In this document: piece after piece, positions 25,734-39,838 of the stretch | Position numbering within the stretch: the stretch's first letter is position 1 | Layout of the letters: each line of letters starts with the position of its first letter | DNA from: Moniliella sp. 'wahieum' | Lineage: Eukaryota | Direction of reading: 5' to 3' | Assembly (NCBI GenBank): GCA_003971905.1 | Contig: RSEE01000013.1 | Coordinates: forward strand, 682,001 to 746,000 | DNA: 64,000 bases | The notes under the pieces: model-generated | What the model was told of the DNA's origin: nothing | Databases searched by the model: none | What the model saw: the letters and a program-made list of their open reading frames with translations, nothing else | Translations under genes and position numbers: made by a program

Positions 25734-28700
25734 TCAAGGTGGTGTAGGCCGATGGATACGGTGCACGTCCGAAGTGTTTGGGAGGAGGATCCGACGGGTC
25801 CTTCGTCCACTAAGGACAGCCGCGCGCAATGCTCGGTTCGGGCGAGATGCCTGGCGCACGAAGCGACTCGTGTGCCACGGACCAGGCACGTCGTGCGAAG
25901 CAGACGAACTGGCCAGGGGCGAAGGTGTTCGGGTAGCCGGCGAAGCGTCGCGCACACGGGGCACGGTGATGCTGCCCTGTGCGGCTGGGGCCGGCGCACC
26001 AGGTGGCCGGTTGGCCGCATCGGGCGCCAAGGGCGCTGGCAGTTCCAGTAGCGGCACCGTGTCGAGCCGTTGGCGCGCCGAGGGCAAAGGCAACGTAGTG
26101 GGCGAGTCGGGCGGAGCCGGAGCGGTAGCGGTAGGTCGGAGGAAGGGTAGACGACGATCGCTGGATTCGGCACTGTACCTGCGTGACGGGGTGTGGGTAT
26201 GGTCGTCGGTGGAAGCCATGTGAACCACATCGTACGCGCTGTCTTGACTGTCCAACCCGGACCCGGTACGTTGGCGCCGGTCCCGCTCAAAGTCGGCCCA
26301 GCGTTTCATAACAATGGACTAGGGTCAAAGGAGCCTTCGGCGCCCGAGTGGTCGCCTCCGCCTTTGCCTTCGCCTTGGATGACACGCGTGGCGCCCCATG
26401 AAAAGTCGTCAAAGTGCCAGAAGGAGTAGGTGGGCAGAACCAAGTTCCACACGGGCAGCGACAAAAGGTAGATGCCCATCCACCCCACGTACGACCATTT
26501 CCGCGACGTGACCACGATCAGCACACCGGGCAAACCAAGCACGATGGCAAGCAGAACAAGTGGAATGACCGGAATCGGGCCGCCGGTAATACCATTCTTG
26601 ATGGCAATCCCCACCACATAAAGGTGAAGGCCAACGCGGCAGGCAAGACCAGTGTACCCACCAGTTCCATCGCAATCATAAAGCGCATACTCAGACAGAA
26701 CACACACACACAGCTCGTTGACCAGCACCAGCTCAAACAGGTTGTGCACCGTCGAGTTGATCCACCGCCGGCGCTGGGACAAAAGCACCTTGAACGTGTC
26801 GGGCACGATGGTCTTGCAGACAGCTTGGGGCACAAACATCATCTTACGCTTGGGGAACGTGCTGAGCATGAGCGTGGTTAGGTACCGATCCTCTCCGAGC
26901 AACAAAAGGTTCTTCTTGTGGAGCGTGTCCACCACATTCTCTGAATAGTGCTCGACAATGTCGGGGTTGGCAAGGATCGGGACCCAGTATCCGTTTGGCC
27001 CCTTGGGAGCCTTGATGCGGTAGGCGCTGAAGCACCCAGGCAAACAGTTACGCCACCAAAGCACGCCTCGCATGCCTTTTGCGAGTGGTGCGAAATGTAG
27101 TACTCAAACACTAACCGGAAACGGAACGTCAGCAGGCAAGAAGAGAGGAAAAAAAAGAGGGGGGGAGGAGGGAGGGGTAAGAAAGGGGTCGGGAGGTCGA
27201 ACGAACCTTGAATCATAGTCACCCACGAGTCGGACTTGTTAGCAATCTTGGTCTCTCCACACAGACCCATGATTTCGGGATCCTCAACCATGCACGACAC
27301 CATACGAGAAAGCGCGTCGGGGAACACCTTGGTATCGGCATCGACCATGAGGATGTTCGAACTTGTCTGGCGGGACGCCCGTGACGCGCCAAATGGCATT
27401 AAAGAACTCGTATTCAAACACCGTCATCCGCTCGTCAAACATGATCTTTTGTAGGAAGGCCATGAGCATCACTTGACTGTCACGCTTGCCACGGTTGCCA
27501 GGTTTGGCCGAATCGGCCTCGAGCGGCGAACCGCACTTGGCAACGAGAATCATGGGGACACGTTGTTGCTTGCCCCGCTCGACGGTTGAGTTGTCATAGT
27601 CATAGAAACCAGCATACACCTTAGCCATGTTGTGCCGCTTGTAGCCATCGGCGATCGCCACATACGAATGGCCTTCCACGTCCTCGGCAGGACAATCAGG
27701 TCCTTCATCATGCTCAAGCAAATGTCGGGCGTCGACATGTCCGATCCATCTCCCTTGACAATCCCGTCGGCAATGACCAGGATGAATTTGTGGCTGTTGG
27801 GGTAGTCGGTCGTGGCGAGCGAATCGAGTGTGGTACGCAGACCTTCGAACGATTCGGAATAGGCAGTAACGAGACAGATGGAGTATGCGAGGCGGGAAGC
27901 CAAACGGCATAAAGTCCGCCGCCGGTTGGGGGCACCACATTGATCAACGGGAACGGGCACTGGGACACGGCGGACGACGTGCCCGATTGGGGCAGTGCCA
28001 TTTGTGAATCGACAAAGGAGGAATTGGCCGAGCCCCATTGCCCTACACGCGGCAAAGAGGGCGAAGCAGGGGTGGAAACTTGCCGGACAACTTCTCGTTG
28101 GCCAACGTGTTTGGAGCGAAGCCTTGGTGGCATTGGCGTGGCTGAAACGCGAGGAAGAAGGAAGGAAAGTACGCTTGTTCATCCCACCTTTTTTGGCATT
28201 GGGACGGTACCGGGCCGGGGCGGGCTTGTAAATGTCGGACGACCAGGCCTCAATCTCATCCCTTCGCTTCTTTCGCTGCTCGGCCGTCTCCTTCTTTCCG
28301 TATTGCCCCAAACGCCAGGAGGCACCAGCCAAAGATGACCGCCATAAAGAAGGGGCAAGGACAACACCAAGAATAAACACAAGTGACAGGTACAGTTCCA
28401 CCTCGGATGCCACGCACCAATCGTTTCGAGTCAATTTGGCCCACCCCAATGATCTGTTGGAGGCAGTCCAACTCTTTGCTCACGCCCAACTTGAACGCCG
28501 TAGAAGAAGAGTCCTGGCCAGCCCAGGAACATTGCGCTTCATGATCTGGTCAAAAAAGGGTGGGTAGTTGAGGTTTACCGATCGAGCAGCTGCAACCGAT
28601 CAAAGTCCAGTACCGTGTTCTTCCATACCGCCAGATTGCGCGTCGGGTTGGAGATGTTTTGCCAGGTGTAATAGACATTCCCTGGAAGTGGAAGCCGAGG

Positions 28701-29965
28701 GAGGACTTGGCGTGGGTGTGGAGCGTTTTCGCAAAGTCGTCCCGGACGACTGGGGGTGGCATCTCGGTCGCGTTGGTTCCGCTGTAGAATACCGCGGACG
28801 AATTTTGATTAAGAATGGAGCAGGGAAAGTAATTGGCGGGTCCACCAGAAGCGGATTTAGGGGCAATGCTGTCTTTCTTGAGGGTAAGGAGGTTGGAACA
28901 CTTGCCATCGACTTTTTGGAACAACAATGAAATGTCACGGGCGCCCGAAAGCCAAGGGTCCGAATAGGTTGGGTTGGTGTGGTTAAACATAGTGTTGGCG
29001 CCAAAGGGACCGACTTGAGGGTGGAAAAAGTCGTTCAAGTCCACCTCGTTGCCATAGAAAATGCTAGAGCCGGCATCGACGGTGCCCGCCACGTATCGGT
29101 TGGCTGGGTGGCCACAGACGGTTTGGGTAAATCCAAAGGTCAAGTACCCGACAAAGGCCATACACACCATCACCACGCTCACCAAGCCCATCTTTTCTCG
29201 CCATGCACGCTGCTGCTCGGGCGTCTTGATGCCGCACATGCGCATAAAGCTCGGCGGCACACACACTGTCAGACCGTAGCAGTACATCATCCACAGGTCC
29301 ACAGGTCCAGGTGCAAGGCTGCTGGGCTTGAACTCGCCTAGGTCGCGGGGGACTTCCATCTTGTCTTTGTTCACATTGGCGTCGGGCTGGTGGCGACGAA
29401 TGGAGACACCGCGCTTCAGCACATTGATGGCCGTCTCGAGCTGGTCATCGTCGCGGCCCAAGATGGATTTGCCGCGGCGGAGGCCGGTCGCGCCACCAGG
29501 GCCGCGGCCCAGTCCGCCGGGAGGCAGGTTGTAGGCATTGGGCGCACCGGGCATGCCAGGGCGCAGGCCGAGACCACTGAGTCCGCCGCCGGGGCCGGCG
29601 GTGTTGCCCAGGTGGCCGCCCTCGGGGAGGGCGCCGTGCTGGGGCAGGTGGCCCGTGTTGGAGGCGCCGACCTGTACGGTGGAGGCGGCCTCCATCTGGG
29701 CGGCATGGTTGCGGTAGTACCACTGGCGATGGCTTGGGTCCATGCGCTCGCGGTCGGGGCGAACAAGGGAGCGCTTGCGCTTGAACTCGGGGTTGGGGCG
29801 GGCAGCACTGAAGCCCTGCTCGAGGTCGTAGCGGAAAGGATCGAGGGTGGCGCTGGAGCTGGCCATGGGGGGCGAGGTGAGGACAGGCACCTGCTCGTAG
29901 CCGCTGCCGGAGGGAGAGGGGCGAGGCCAAAGCTGTCCTTGCTGATGTTGTCGGCGAGGCGGCAT
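25734..29965 (-). CDS. Chitin synthase, class IV (Chs3-like)
   Basis: [97 protein letters not shown]; intron at ~27113-27206. Confidence 0.95.
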
Positions 29966-32900
29966 GGCTGAGGCCGAGGTGGGCGGGCTCTGGAAGGAGA
30001 CGCCGGGGGCGGCGGTGGGGGCGGCGGGGGGGGGGCGGGGATGGGGCTGGGGCTGGGGAGGGGGAGGCGCGGCGAGGCGTGGCCCGGGTAGGCGGGGGCG
30101 GCGCCCGAGGGAGAGGGGGGGGCTGGTGCTCATGCGCAGCGGAAGGAGGTGGGGGGAGGCAGAGGAGGCGGCGGTGGCCCTTGCTGGGCTTCGGGCGGCG
30201 GCAAGGGGCAGCACGCTCTAGTCACCACACCCACCCACACACTGCGGCCGTGGAGGCGAGTGGGTGCTGTGCTTGCGACGCCTGAAGCTTTCTTTGCTCG
30301 TGTTTGCAGGCATCACTCACTAGCCACTGGCCACTGGCCACTATGCACTCCCCCCCACCCCCTCGCAGCTGCAAATTCAATCTTCCCTGGCAGGCACCGC
30401 TGCATGCCCCGCCCCCCTGCATCCGTCCCTCCACAGCCACAGCCGCCGCCGCCCACACTCGCGCCCCGCCGCCTCTCCACGCGCTCCCCGTGTCGATCGC
30501 CGCCGCCACAGCCCAGTGCAGCACGCCCACCCTCCCACGGCGCCAGCCTCGCGCTGCGCCCTCCAGCACCCTCCGCCTGACACGCACACACTGCCCCGCC
30601 GCCCTGCCGCCGATCCGCCGGCAGAACTGCGCTGCCGCCCCGGCCCACCGCACGCCCGGCACGGCCGCAGTCTGGCGGGCCGTCCACGTCGGCAGAAACC
30701 TGCCGAGCGTCCAGCGCTGCGCGTGCGTTGCACGTAAACATGCCCAGCTGCTCTCTGCGCCGCTGGGCCTTCCTCGGCCTCCCTCGGCTCGTGCCGGTGG
30801 CGGCATGCACTCTGCACGGGGGCCCCCACCACTCCCACACTGGCTTCTCGCTGGCGCCAAGCCCAGACCGACGCTCAGCCTCAGCAGCGCTCAGCAGCTC
30901 ACGCACTATGCATCATGCATCCCAAGGGCCTGCGGCCGTACAGGCGATCACCCATTGGCAGGCACTGCCCTGCTTGCCTGCGCGCATTCCACACGCACGG
31001 GGCGAGTGGTGGGCTGCTTGCGCAGCTTGCAACGCCGTCTGATCGAAGTCAGAGAACGCCGCGAGTTATTCCGGTGGGGTTGGTGAGAGGGAGATGTGAG
31101 AGCCAGGGTGTGCGAGTCGTTGCACGTTGCCCACGCTGCGGCTCGTGTGGTTGGACAGCGGGCAGGTGCGGGCGGTGGCCCTGGGCCGATCGCCTTGCAG
31201 GCTGCGAGTATCGTGCCCATCAATCGAACATGGTGCGGCCCATGGTTGCTCCATTCTCCACTCCGATCTCAGATCCAGTACTGCGTGTTGAACTTGAACA
31301 TTATATTGAACGCTGAATTGAACGCACAGAACGAAGGCCTGACGCGTTGACGCAAGCACCGCGGATCGAGCGGATGGCGAGGATCGATGATCGATGACCA
31401 GCGGTCGTCCTGCGCTCTGTCCTGCTCAGCGCAGCTACCCAGTGTCTGGGTCCATAGCAGTGTTTGGTCTCGCAACGCAGCTGAGGCTCAGCGCCCGGCC
31501 TGAGTGCTCCGCACATGTCACAATCACATGCCATCACGTCAGCACTTGGTCGTTGCTCCCCAGCTGGATGCATCTTCACTAGTCGCTCCTGCCACGCACA
31601 CCCGCCCATCCCATCCTCCAAGATCGTGATCACACCAAGCTTACGGCGCAAGACGTAGACGCAAACATACACCAGCCGAGGCAGCCGGGCGTGTGGGTAT
31701 TGGCGAGTGCAATGTCCACCCCTGCCTGCTACCCCAGCCGGGTCCCCCGAAAGCAGCAAGTGCCCATGCCAAAATTCCTTGTGGCACATATGCCAAGCAA
31801 TGCATTGCCACCGTCAACCTTGAATGGAAATCACCTTTTCCCCGGCGCCAGTGGATTTGAGCATCGACTCCTCAGCGTCAGCCCGATATTGCTAGAGTGC
31901 GACTTGGGAGCACTGGCGATCCTATGGATCAGCTGCAAAGCAGCCTTCAGACAAGGCGTGAAGGCAAAGTGGTGTTGAGCCACAAGTCTTCAAGCAACGT
32001 CTGAAGGGAAGGAGAAAGAAGAGCCCCGAACTGGATCCCAACCCACAGTTTTGGGGTGTGTTTCCTTGCAGGAGCAGAATCCACTCACGTTTTCTCGAGC
32101 TTGAAAACGTTATATTGGCGCATCCGAACAGAGCAAGAGACAAGGCGAGGGGCCTCTCAATTGGGGCGTCCGCTCGCGTGGCAAAATGTTTTTGAGTATC
32201 AGGAGATGGAGATGGAGGAAAGGATGCAGATGGATTGCATACATCTATGGACGCAGAGGAGGTATATGACCTCCTCAGGAAGGGGGCACAGTCGAGAGGT
32301 GGACACAGGATCTCCCAACTGATAGGAATCACGCCATAGTGCCCATACGGGCCTAGTGGGCAAGGGCCCCCTAGCACGGTGTGATTCTGACATTGAGTAT
32401 GCACCGTAACGAGCATGACTAGCGTACCACCGGTAGACGTACCTTTTCAACGATTGTGGCCGGAGAAGGTTGAGCAGACAAAGACAGGGTCGGACAACAG
32501 GTTCTGTCACAGAACAAAAACTCAACTCTTGTAGGATGGCCGCGGCATCCGTATACAGAGGAAACTGAAAGAGCAGGAGGAAGATAGACGGCAACGGATG
32601 CCTGGACGAAAGGAGTTGGGGATAACCAAGAGGTGGTGGCTGAAGCAGTTCGGTGGAATTGCTGGTGGGCTAATAGAGAGAGTAATGCGGGTGTTGCCTG
32701 TGGTGGATCAAGGATGGATTCACAAGGAGATATTGTTATAAAATGACACGTGCGAGTAGGGGAAGAACATATAGAACAAAGGCTATACAGACAGGAACAG
32801 TCACTAAGGAAGCAACATGGCACGTCGGAAGAGGAAGGAATAAAGGCGAATGGCTCTCAAAAGGAGTGCAAACCAGGTAGGGACTGGTGCCCTAGGAAAA

Positions 32901-34774
32901 GGAACAGCCAAGCACGAAAAATTCACCAAATAATGGGCAGGTTCTCAGCCCTCACAGCAAGAACGTAAAAGGCATACCGAGGAGAGAATCTCGAAACGAT
33001 AACGAAACGCCCGGATCAGGAAACTGATGTCCAGATCCGGAAGCTCAACTTGGACCTCTGGCCTTTGCAAACAGTAGTAGACTCGGAAGATTAACAATGA
33101 CCAACTGTGCGTGGGCACAAGGGTCCAGGTGTCTCTCTGAGGGAAGCACCAGAGGGGAGTCTGTCGCGGCAACAGTCCGACTCAGTAGTCGGGCACACCA
33201 GACGACTGCGCTTCGTCGCAGCTCCCGACTCATATTAGACGCGGGCGCACCAGGCGGCAGTGATCTGTCTCAGTGAGCACTCCCGCCGGCAGTCCGCTTC
33301 GTTAGTCGTCTCTCAGCCAGCGCAGCAGGCGGTAATTGTATGTCTAACGGCCCGCATCAGGCTATAGTTGTCCGTCTGAGGAATCTCGCACCTCATTTGG
33401 CCGTGTCAGCGAGCACATCAGGCTCTACTACCACTTTCACCTTCTCCCATACGCGTACGAATTTACGCCTCACGTCGACTACTTGGTAACAGCCTCCGAC
33501 TGAGGGTGCGAGATATGTAGCTATTGGATCCAATTGTTCCTTGTGTAGTCAGGTTTACTCTGGTGGGCAGGGCCAGTTTCCAGTCGTTCCAGCTTGCCAC
33601 TACCCACCCTACCCCGTTTCCACTTTTCTCACCGTCTCCCCGGCAGCTGCTTGATCCGAGAGCGCAGTAGCTCGGCGACGGAACTCAATGATGTCCAGTC
33701 CTCCGGCAGAAATATTCCTTGTAAGAGCGTCCCAGCCAAGATTAACCATAATCAACCAGCCTTCCATCCCCAGCGTGACCTCATGCCACATGTGGAGAGC
33801 ATGTCGTTCCATCCACGCGTCCAGGTGGCCTAGGTGTTCAGGGCCACTCTTGGTCCCTCTCCGCGGTAGAAGAGTCCTGCCACGAACGCCGCAGCCCCTC
33901 GTGTTGCTTCCGAACTCTGAGGTACTCCGATATCTCAGTAAATACTGTGCCAGTGGGAAGCGCTTGGGATTCACGCGTGTGTATGTTACCGGGACCCTGT
34001 GAGCTCAGCAGTGCCATCATCGTCTCCCCCAATTGCTTGTCGGCGTCGAGGCAGTACTTGTTGAGTCGGGACGGAGTGGCCTCAAACATGAGGCTCGCCG
34101 GGGAAGGAAGGTCCGTGTTGGTAGGTCAATGTAGGCAAACAGGCGCTGGACGGAAGCCGCCTGGATACATACGAGCTCTCATGGTCCGTAAGCAGACCCA
34201 TCTTCTGCCGACCTCACAGGTGTTGGATGGCCTACTCCGCTGCACCGCGCCAGTGAGATGGAGGAACCTCTGTAGCGGAGCATGACTACTGCTGCTACCC
34301 ACCTTCGTCCGTATGGCCCTAGTGATTGGAAGAGAGGAAAGGTTGAGACTTTTTGCTAACCCAACTGCGTCGTTAAGACCATTGGCGAGATACATGTCGG
34401 AAACCAACTCTCAACCAACTAATTCCATCCGTCGTCAGTTCCCCCATAAAACTCGTCTGCCGGTTTTGCCGGTTCGCCTGTGACGGGTTGCGGTCGTTGC
34501 TTCTCCCCATTTGAGAGTGTTGTCACAGAACGTTCATGTCCCAACCGCTGCTTTGCATCAGCACCAGTATTATTGCCCCCAAGGTACGAGTGTGTAGGGC
34601 TGCATTTGGGGACTGGCTGGGCATTGTGCCCTTGAACAAGGGCTTGCTTGAAAGGCTGACGCCTGTTACACATGTTACGCCTCAACCCCCTTTCGTGCTC
34701 GCTCCCACAAAACACCTTTCGTTGTCTAGCCGATTCAAACCGTTCTCGTCGGTTGTCGCGGCAGTGTCACTCAA

Positions 34775-35225
34775 GAGGGTGGCAGCCAGCATGGTAGCTC
34801 CATGGGCACCAGCCTCGTTTGGGTCGGTCGTCGTGGTGAGGTTGGTCCGCTAAAGAAATCAGATATAAGACGCTGTATACGGGGCATCCGTGTTAAACCC
34901 CCCACCATGACATGATCCTTCTCCACTTTGCTCTCTTTCAGGAACTTGTCAAGATGCCCCAGAAGGCGAGTAAACAGCTCATCGCACAACTGTCCAAGCG
35001 TGTTCTGGTGATGCCGCATTGAAAATCGATGCTGTCCAACATAGAGTCTTCAAGGTTGATCGCAGCGGAGGTGGATGAAGAGGGGGGACGCTTCAAGTGC
35101 TCACATGCAAAGCGGGGAGACGGCCAAGATGGTAAACGTGGTCAGAGGGAATCTTCTGCAGGTTTTTTCTTTGGAACAGCGAGAAGGGCGTGCCGAGAGC
35201 GATGCCGATTGATTTGGCCATCATG
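34775..35225 (-). pseudogene. HSP70 fragment
   Basis: ACEHLKR..SSSTSAAI, SIDFQCGITRTR, LCDELF...VMVGGLTRMPRIQRLISDFFSG, DPNEAGAHGATMLAA; degenerate and truncated at both ends. Confidence 0.8.
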
Positions 35226-35735
35226 GAAGGGGGGGGGGGGGGGAAGAGGAGGAAAAGGAGGGGAATTGAATAGTGAGGCCTGAGGGGGGATTGCCAGTGT
35301 TGCGTGGGAGTGCGCGGCGGGACGCACCTGCTACTGGTTTAACGTTAAACGTTAAGCGTTAAGCGCTAAGCGCTAAGCGTTAATGGCTACGTCCGAGCAA
35401 CACAGCAGGGCGGTCGGGGTGGGTGGAATGGTACCGGCACTGCGCTGGTCTGCGCCACCCACTCTCACATATCTCTCACGTCTCGTACCCTTCACACAAT
35501 ACTATTATATAATTCGCCACAACCTCATCGTCCTCCCCCCAGGCAGGCCTCATATACCACGCCCCAATCTGATGTACATACTATGCCACATACGCATGGA
35601 AGCATCTCACACTGTTACCGTAGCTGCTCTGAGGGGTTAGGTCATGGATGCTTCTGGGCAGCATGTTCTCTTTAAAAGACGATACTATACACAAACCCGT
35701 CGTCGTGCCTGTATATATTGCGAGGAAGAGACGGC

Positions 35736-37125
35736 TGTTGGCCTAGGGAGCCGGACGGGCAGAAGGATGAGGAGAAGGTGATGGATTGGAGCCAGAGTTG
35801 GGTCTGGGTACAGAGGCATCTATATAGGAGGCTGGACTAGGCACAGGGACAGTGAGTCACACAGGAGAGAGTGCAGGGCACAGGGACAGTGACACGCAGG
35901 GACGTCAGCGTGGAAGCCGATGGAACCGAGGCGAACCTGGTCTACCGACTGGGAGCCAGAGGATCACAGTCAACACCCCCGCTGGCCAGGGAACCCGGAG
36001 ACATCGGTTGTGGGATGAGCTCCTGCCAGTGGATGTAGAGAGGGGAGGACTTGAGTGGCAACCGGGACGAATGGCCTGGAGTTGTGCATGGCCACACGAC
36101 TGGCCTACACCCCCGCTGTCCAGGATGACACCTGAACGAGCCGAGCGCTTGTGGTTGGTGTATTGTGCGACCGCCAGATGCTTGTAGAAATCTTAGAAGT
36201 AAAAGTAGTAGGGGTTGCGCCCCGAAGCGATTTGGTGGGCAAAAGTAAAAGCACCAGTTATAGGTGTAGTGAAAGAAATTGGAAACTTGGAGTAAATGCG
36301 GTCCAAGGTCGTTTGGCATCAAATTGGATGCGTTTGGTAGTTGTTTGGTTCCGCATGCCTGGTGCCAGTGGGTCCATTGGGCATGGGAAATGAACGGGCG
36401 CTATGCGTCAACCGTCTTGATCTGTTTGGGTTCTCTTTGTTGTTGAAAAAGAGGAGTGGAAGAAGTTGGGTGACCACCCCCCCCCATCCTTTCCCCAGGT
36501 GCCCCGGATGAATTGGCAATCCGGGCGTGTAGCCGTGGGTGGGGCACTTGATGAGCAGCCACCCCCGCTTTCTGCGATTCGCCTGCGCCGTTTGTCGTTG
36601 GAGGAATTTCGTCTCGTTGACGATACCCGACACGTTTTGTTCCGTCGTGTGTTGTCCCTAAAAATCATTGCCCCATCTGTGGGGGACGAGTGTGCCGATT
36701 GTGGCGGTAGTATGCCGATTGTGGCGGTAGTATGCCGATTGTGGCGGTAAGGTGCCGATTGTGGCGGTGGTGTTGTTGGGCGGAGGACGGGTGTGTCTTG
36801 TGGGCTTGGCGGCTTAGCTTGGGCTTGTAGGCTTGGGGTGGTGCTGGTTGAAGAGAGCGCTCCCCTTCCGGGGGGATCAGATTGTAGCTCTGTTGGCCTA
36901 GGGAGCCGGACGGGCAGAAGGATGAGGGAAGGTGATGGATTGGAGCCAGAGTTGGGTCTGGGTACAGAGGCATCTATATAGGAGGCTGGACTAGGCAGGA
37001 CAGTGAGTCACACAGGAGAGAGTGCAGGGCACAGGGACAGTGACACGCAGGACGTCAGCGTGGAAGCCGATGGAACCGAGGCGAACCTGGTCTACCGACT
37101 GGGAGCCAGAGGATCACAGTCAACA
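35736..37125 (-). mobile_element. Short non-autonomous LTR retroelement (internally deleted, TRIM-like)
   Basis: LTRs 35736-35975 and 36891-37125 with TGTTG...CAACA ends; TSD ACGGC at 35731-35735 and 37126-37130; minus-strand protease-like VILDSG near 36120; no RT or integrase. Confidence 0.92.
36690..36768. repeat. 20-bp tandem repeat, ~4 copies (TGCCGATTGTGGCGGTAGTA), inside the LTR element
   Basis: Directly visible tandem copies. Confidence 0.85.
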
Positions 37126-38133
37126 ACGGCTACGCCTGTGATCCGATTGGGAAGCAAAAGCCGATGAAACGAGGTGGGACAGGCCTCCTGCGGCCGCAAA
37201 AACTTGGTGAGGTTGGTGAGGTTGCTGGGCTTCAAGGACCGCGGAGGTTTACTAGATTGGCTAAGACTCAGGCCCAGGGTGTCCTGCTACGATTGACCCA
37301 TTTTCACTAGCCGAAGCAGGTCACTTTTTCTCCACATTTCCCCCCATGTCGATCACACTCATCGATGTTCCATCAACGATGCATGGTGCATGATGGACGG
37401 TGGTTGATCGATGATCAATGATCGATGAGTCGATGAGGCCCCGCGTCCCGCGCTCAGCGGCTGCTAGTAACTCAGCCGCGATGACGATGCATGATGCATG
37501 TCATGCACGTCATGTGACATGTGACATGTGACATGGGACATGCATGACAGGTGCCGGGGATCGTGAGTGCGACAGGCTCAACATGCGTGACATGCGCGCG
37601 TGACATGTCGTTGTGGCGCCGACGGACACTGCCCCTCTGCTTGACGCCCAGAGTCGCGCCGATCATCGATCACCGACCATTAGCCAGTCGGCGGATGGGC
37701 ACCTGGCCAGCATGCTCCACCGCCGCTGTCCGACCCCTGCCGCGTAGAGAGCGGCGTGCTCCGCACACAGCGGCGTGGCGCCTGTCGAGAGAGGCTGCTG
37801 CAGACGGCCACTCCAGGCCGGGCAACCTAGCAGGCGGCCGCTGTGGCGCGCCAAGAGGCGCCGCGGGCACAGCGCCAGTGTGGCGCAGCGCTGGATGCTC
37901 CGAGCCGGGTCTGCTGCGCCGTGCCCGGCGGTGCCTAGACGCGCAGCCACTGCGCCCTGGTGCTGCTGCTCTGGCCAGGCCGCAGCCGCCCCTTGGCTCC
38001 CATCGCCCAACCCACTCCTCCATCCGCCACCCCTCCGTCGAACCTTCCCGCGCTCTCCTGCCCCCCTTGCTCCCTCCCGCGCCGGCCGCTGCCACCCTGC
38101 CTGCGCCCCTCCCCTCCCACCGCCATTGCGCGC

Positions 38134-39838
38134 ATGCGCAGACCCACTCTCTTGCCACCACCGCCCTTGTGGCCGCCGTCCTTGTGGCGGCTACGCCTCC
38201 CGTCCCCGCCCCCTCGCTCGACCGCGCCACTCTCGCCGTGCCGAGCGACCTGCCGCTCGGCTACCCTGCCGACGACGCCTTTCCCCGCAGGCGCGTGCGC
38301 CTGCCATCCACCAGCGCTTTGTCCGCCGCGCCCAGCTGAGCCCCGACCTGTCCTCGGAAGGCTCCGACTCCAGCGCCGCCTCGAGCGCCAAGGCGGCGGT
38401 GCCAGCTCTTCCTCCCGTCGAACCACGATTCATCTTCTGCCACCGCTAGTACCGCCGAGTCCAAGACCGATTCCACGCCGACCCACTCTACCACCTCCAA
38501 AGCCACTGCTTCGGGGATCAGGCTCTGGCTCTGGCTCTGGCTCTGGTTCTGGTTCTAGTTCTGGTTCTAGTTCTAGTGTGACTTCTGGCTCTGGTTCTGG
38601 CTCCAACTCTGACGCCAGCTCGAAAGGGACAGCGTCGAGCGCTGCCACGCCCTCCAACATATTCCCCTCGTTGAGCAACCCTTTCTCAACCGCCACATCC
38701 GATGCTGCCGCGAGCAAGAGCTCCGCCAGCGCTTCTTTCCTTTCGCAACTATCCGCTTCGCGCGCCTCGGCCTCGGCCTCGCTCGCGAGCGTGTCCAGCC
38801 AGTTAGCCCAGGCTTCTGAAGCTGGGCAATCATCTTCCTGGCTTCGCTCCAGGCCTCGCTCTCGTCGGCCGAAGCAGCAGCCTCGGCGTCGGCCGCGGCA
38901 GCTTCGTCGCAGTACTACGCCACGGCCCAGACGGCCGTGACGGTAACGTCGTCGTCCACCGCTGCGCCCACAGCAACTGGCACCTCAACCAACAAAACAT
39001 CCTCTCACACGGGTACGATTGTAGGCGCGTCCGTGGGCGGGGCAGTGGGTGCGATTGTGATTTTGGCGTTAGTGTTGTGGCGGGTATGCCGGCACCGTGA
39101 CCGGGAGGCGGCCTCCAACGATATTCGTTGGCCCGAGCTCAAAGCGGACCACGATATGACGGGAGCAGCGATGCAACCGTTGCCGGCTCGGCGCACTGGT
39201 GGCGCCGGGTTTGATATGGGAGAAGATTCGGACAATGAGGAAGAAGAGGAAGATGCGGCTGCAGCGGCGGCGGCCGCTGCCGGAGCGGGCGTTGGCGTAG
39301 GCGCTGGCGTTGGCGCTGGCGTGGCGGTCATGGCGCTGAATTTGACGCCCGGTCGGACGACATGGACTCGGACCACCAGATGGACAAGTATGGCAGCCAG
39401 AACCCAGCGTATGGCGTAGCTTCTTCCGCTGCGCTCGTGCCCAATAGCGGCGAGTACCAAGATGGATACGGGTACGACCCAAGTACCCCCGGGCTAGCCC
39501 ACGAGTCTTCTGTTGGGGCGCCTACTTCGCTTTCGGGAGCGCATGCGCCTTCGACCGAGATGGGCGGGTACGGTGCGGCGGGCGTAGGCACCGGTGCGAT
39601 GCAGCCGGGATACTACGATCCCCAAGCCGAGGCGTACGGGTACGGTCAACCCTACTACTCCACCGATGGGTACGGTGCCTACCCTGCCGCCCAGCCGACG
39701 CCCGTCAGCACCGGCCTCCCAGCCTCATTGCAGCCAGGCATGACAGTCGGCCAAGGTTACCAACCGCAATTTATCGATCCTCAGTACCCTGCCGCCGACG
39801 CGCATGGGTTTGCTGATCCCTATGGGCGCACGCATTAA
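38134..39838 (+). CDS. Ser/Thr-rich single-pass membrane protein (Mid2/Wsc-like architecture)
   Basis: Signal-peptide-like LATTALVAAVLVAA, Ser/Gly-rich stalk, TM segment TIVGASVGGAVGAIVILALVLW followed by basic residues, Tyr/Pro-rich cytosolic tail. Confidence 0.7.

Noticed and set aside
36690..36768. CRISPR-like array
   Set aside because: Head-to-tail tandem repeats without unique spacers, in a eukaryotic context with no cas genes.
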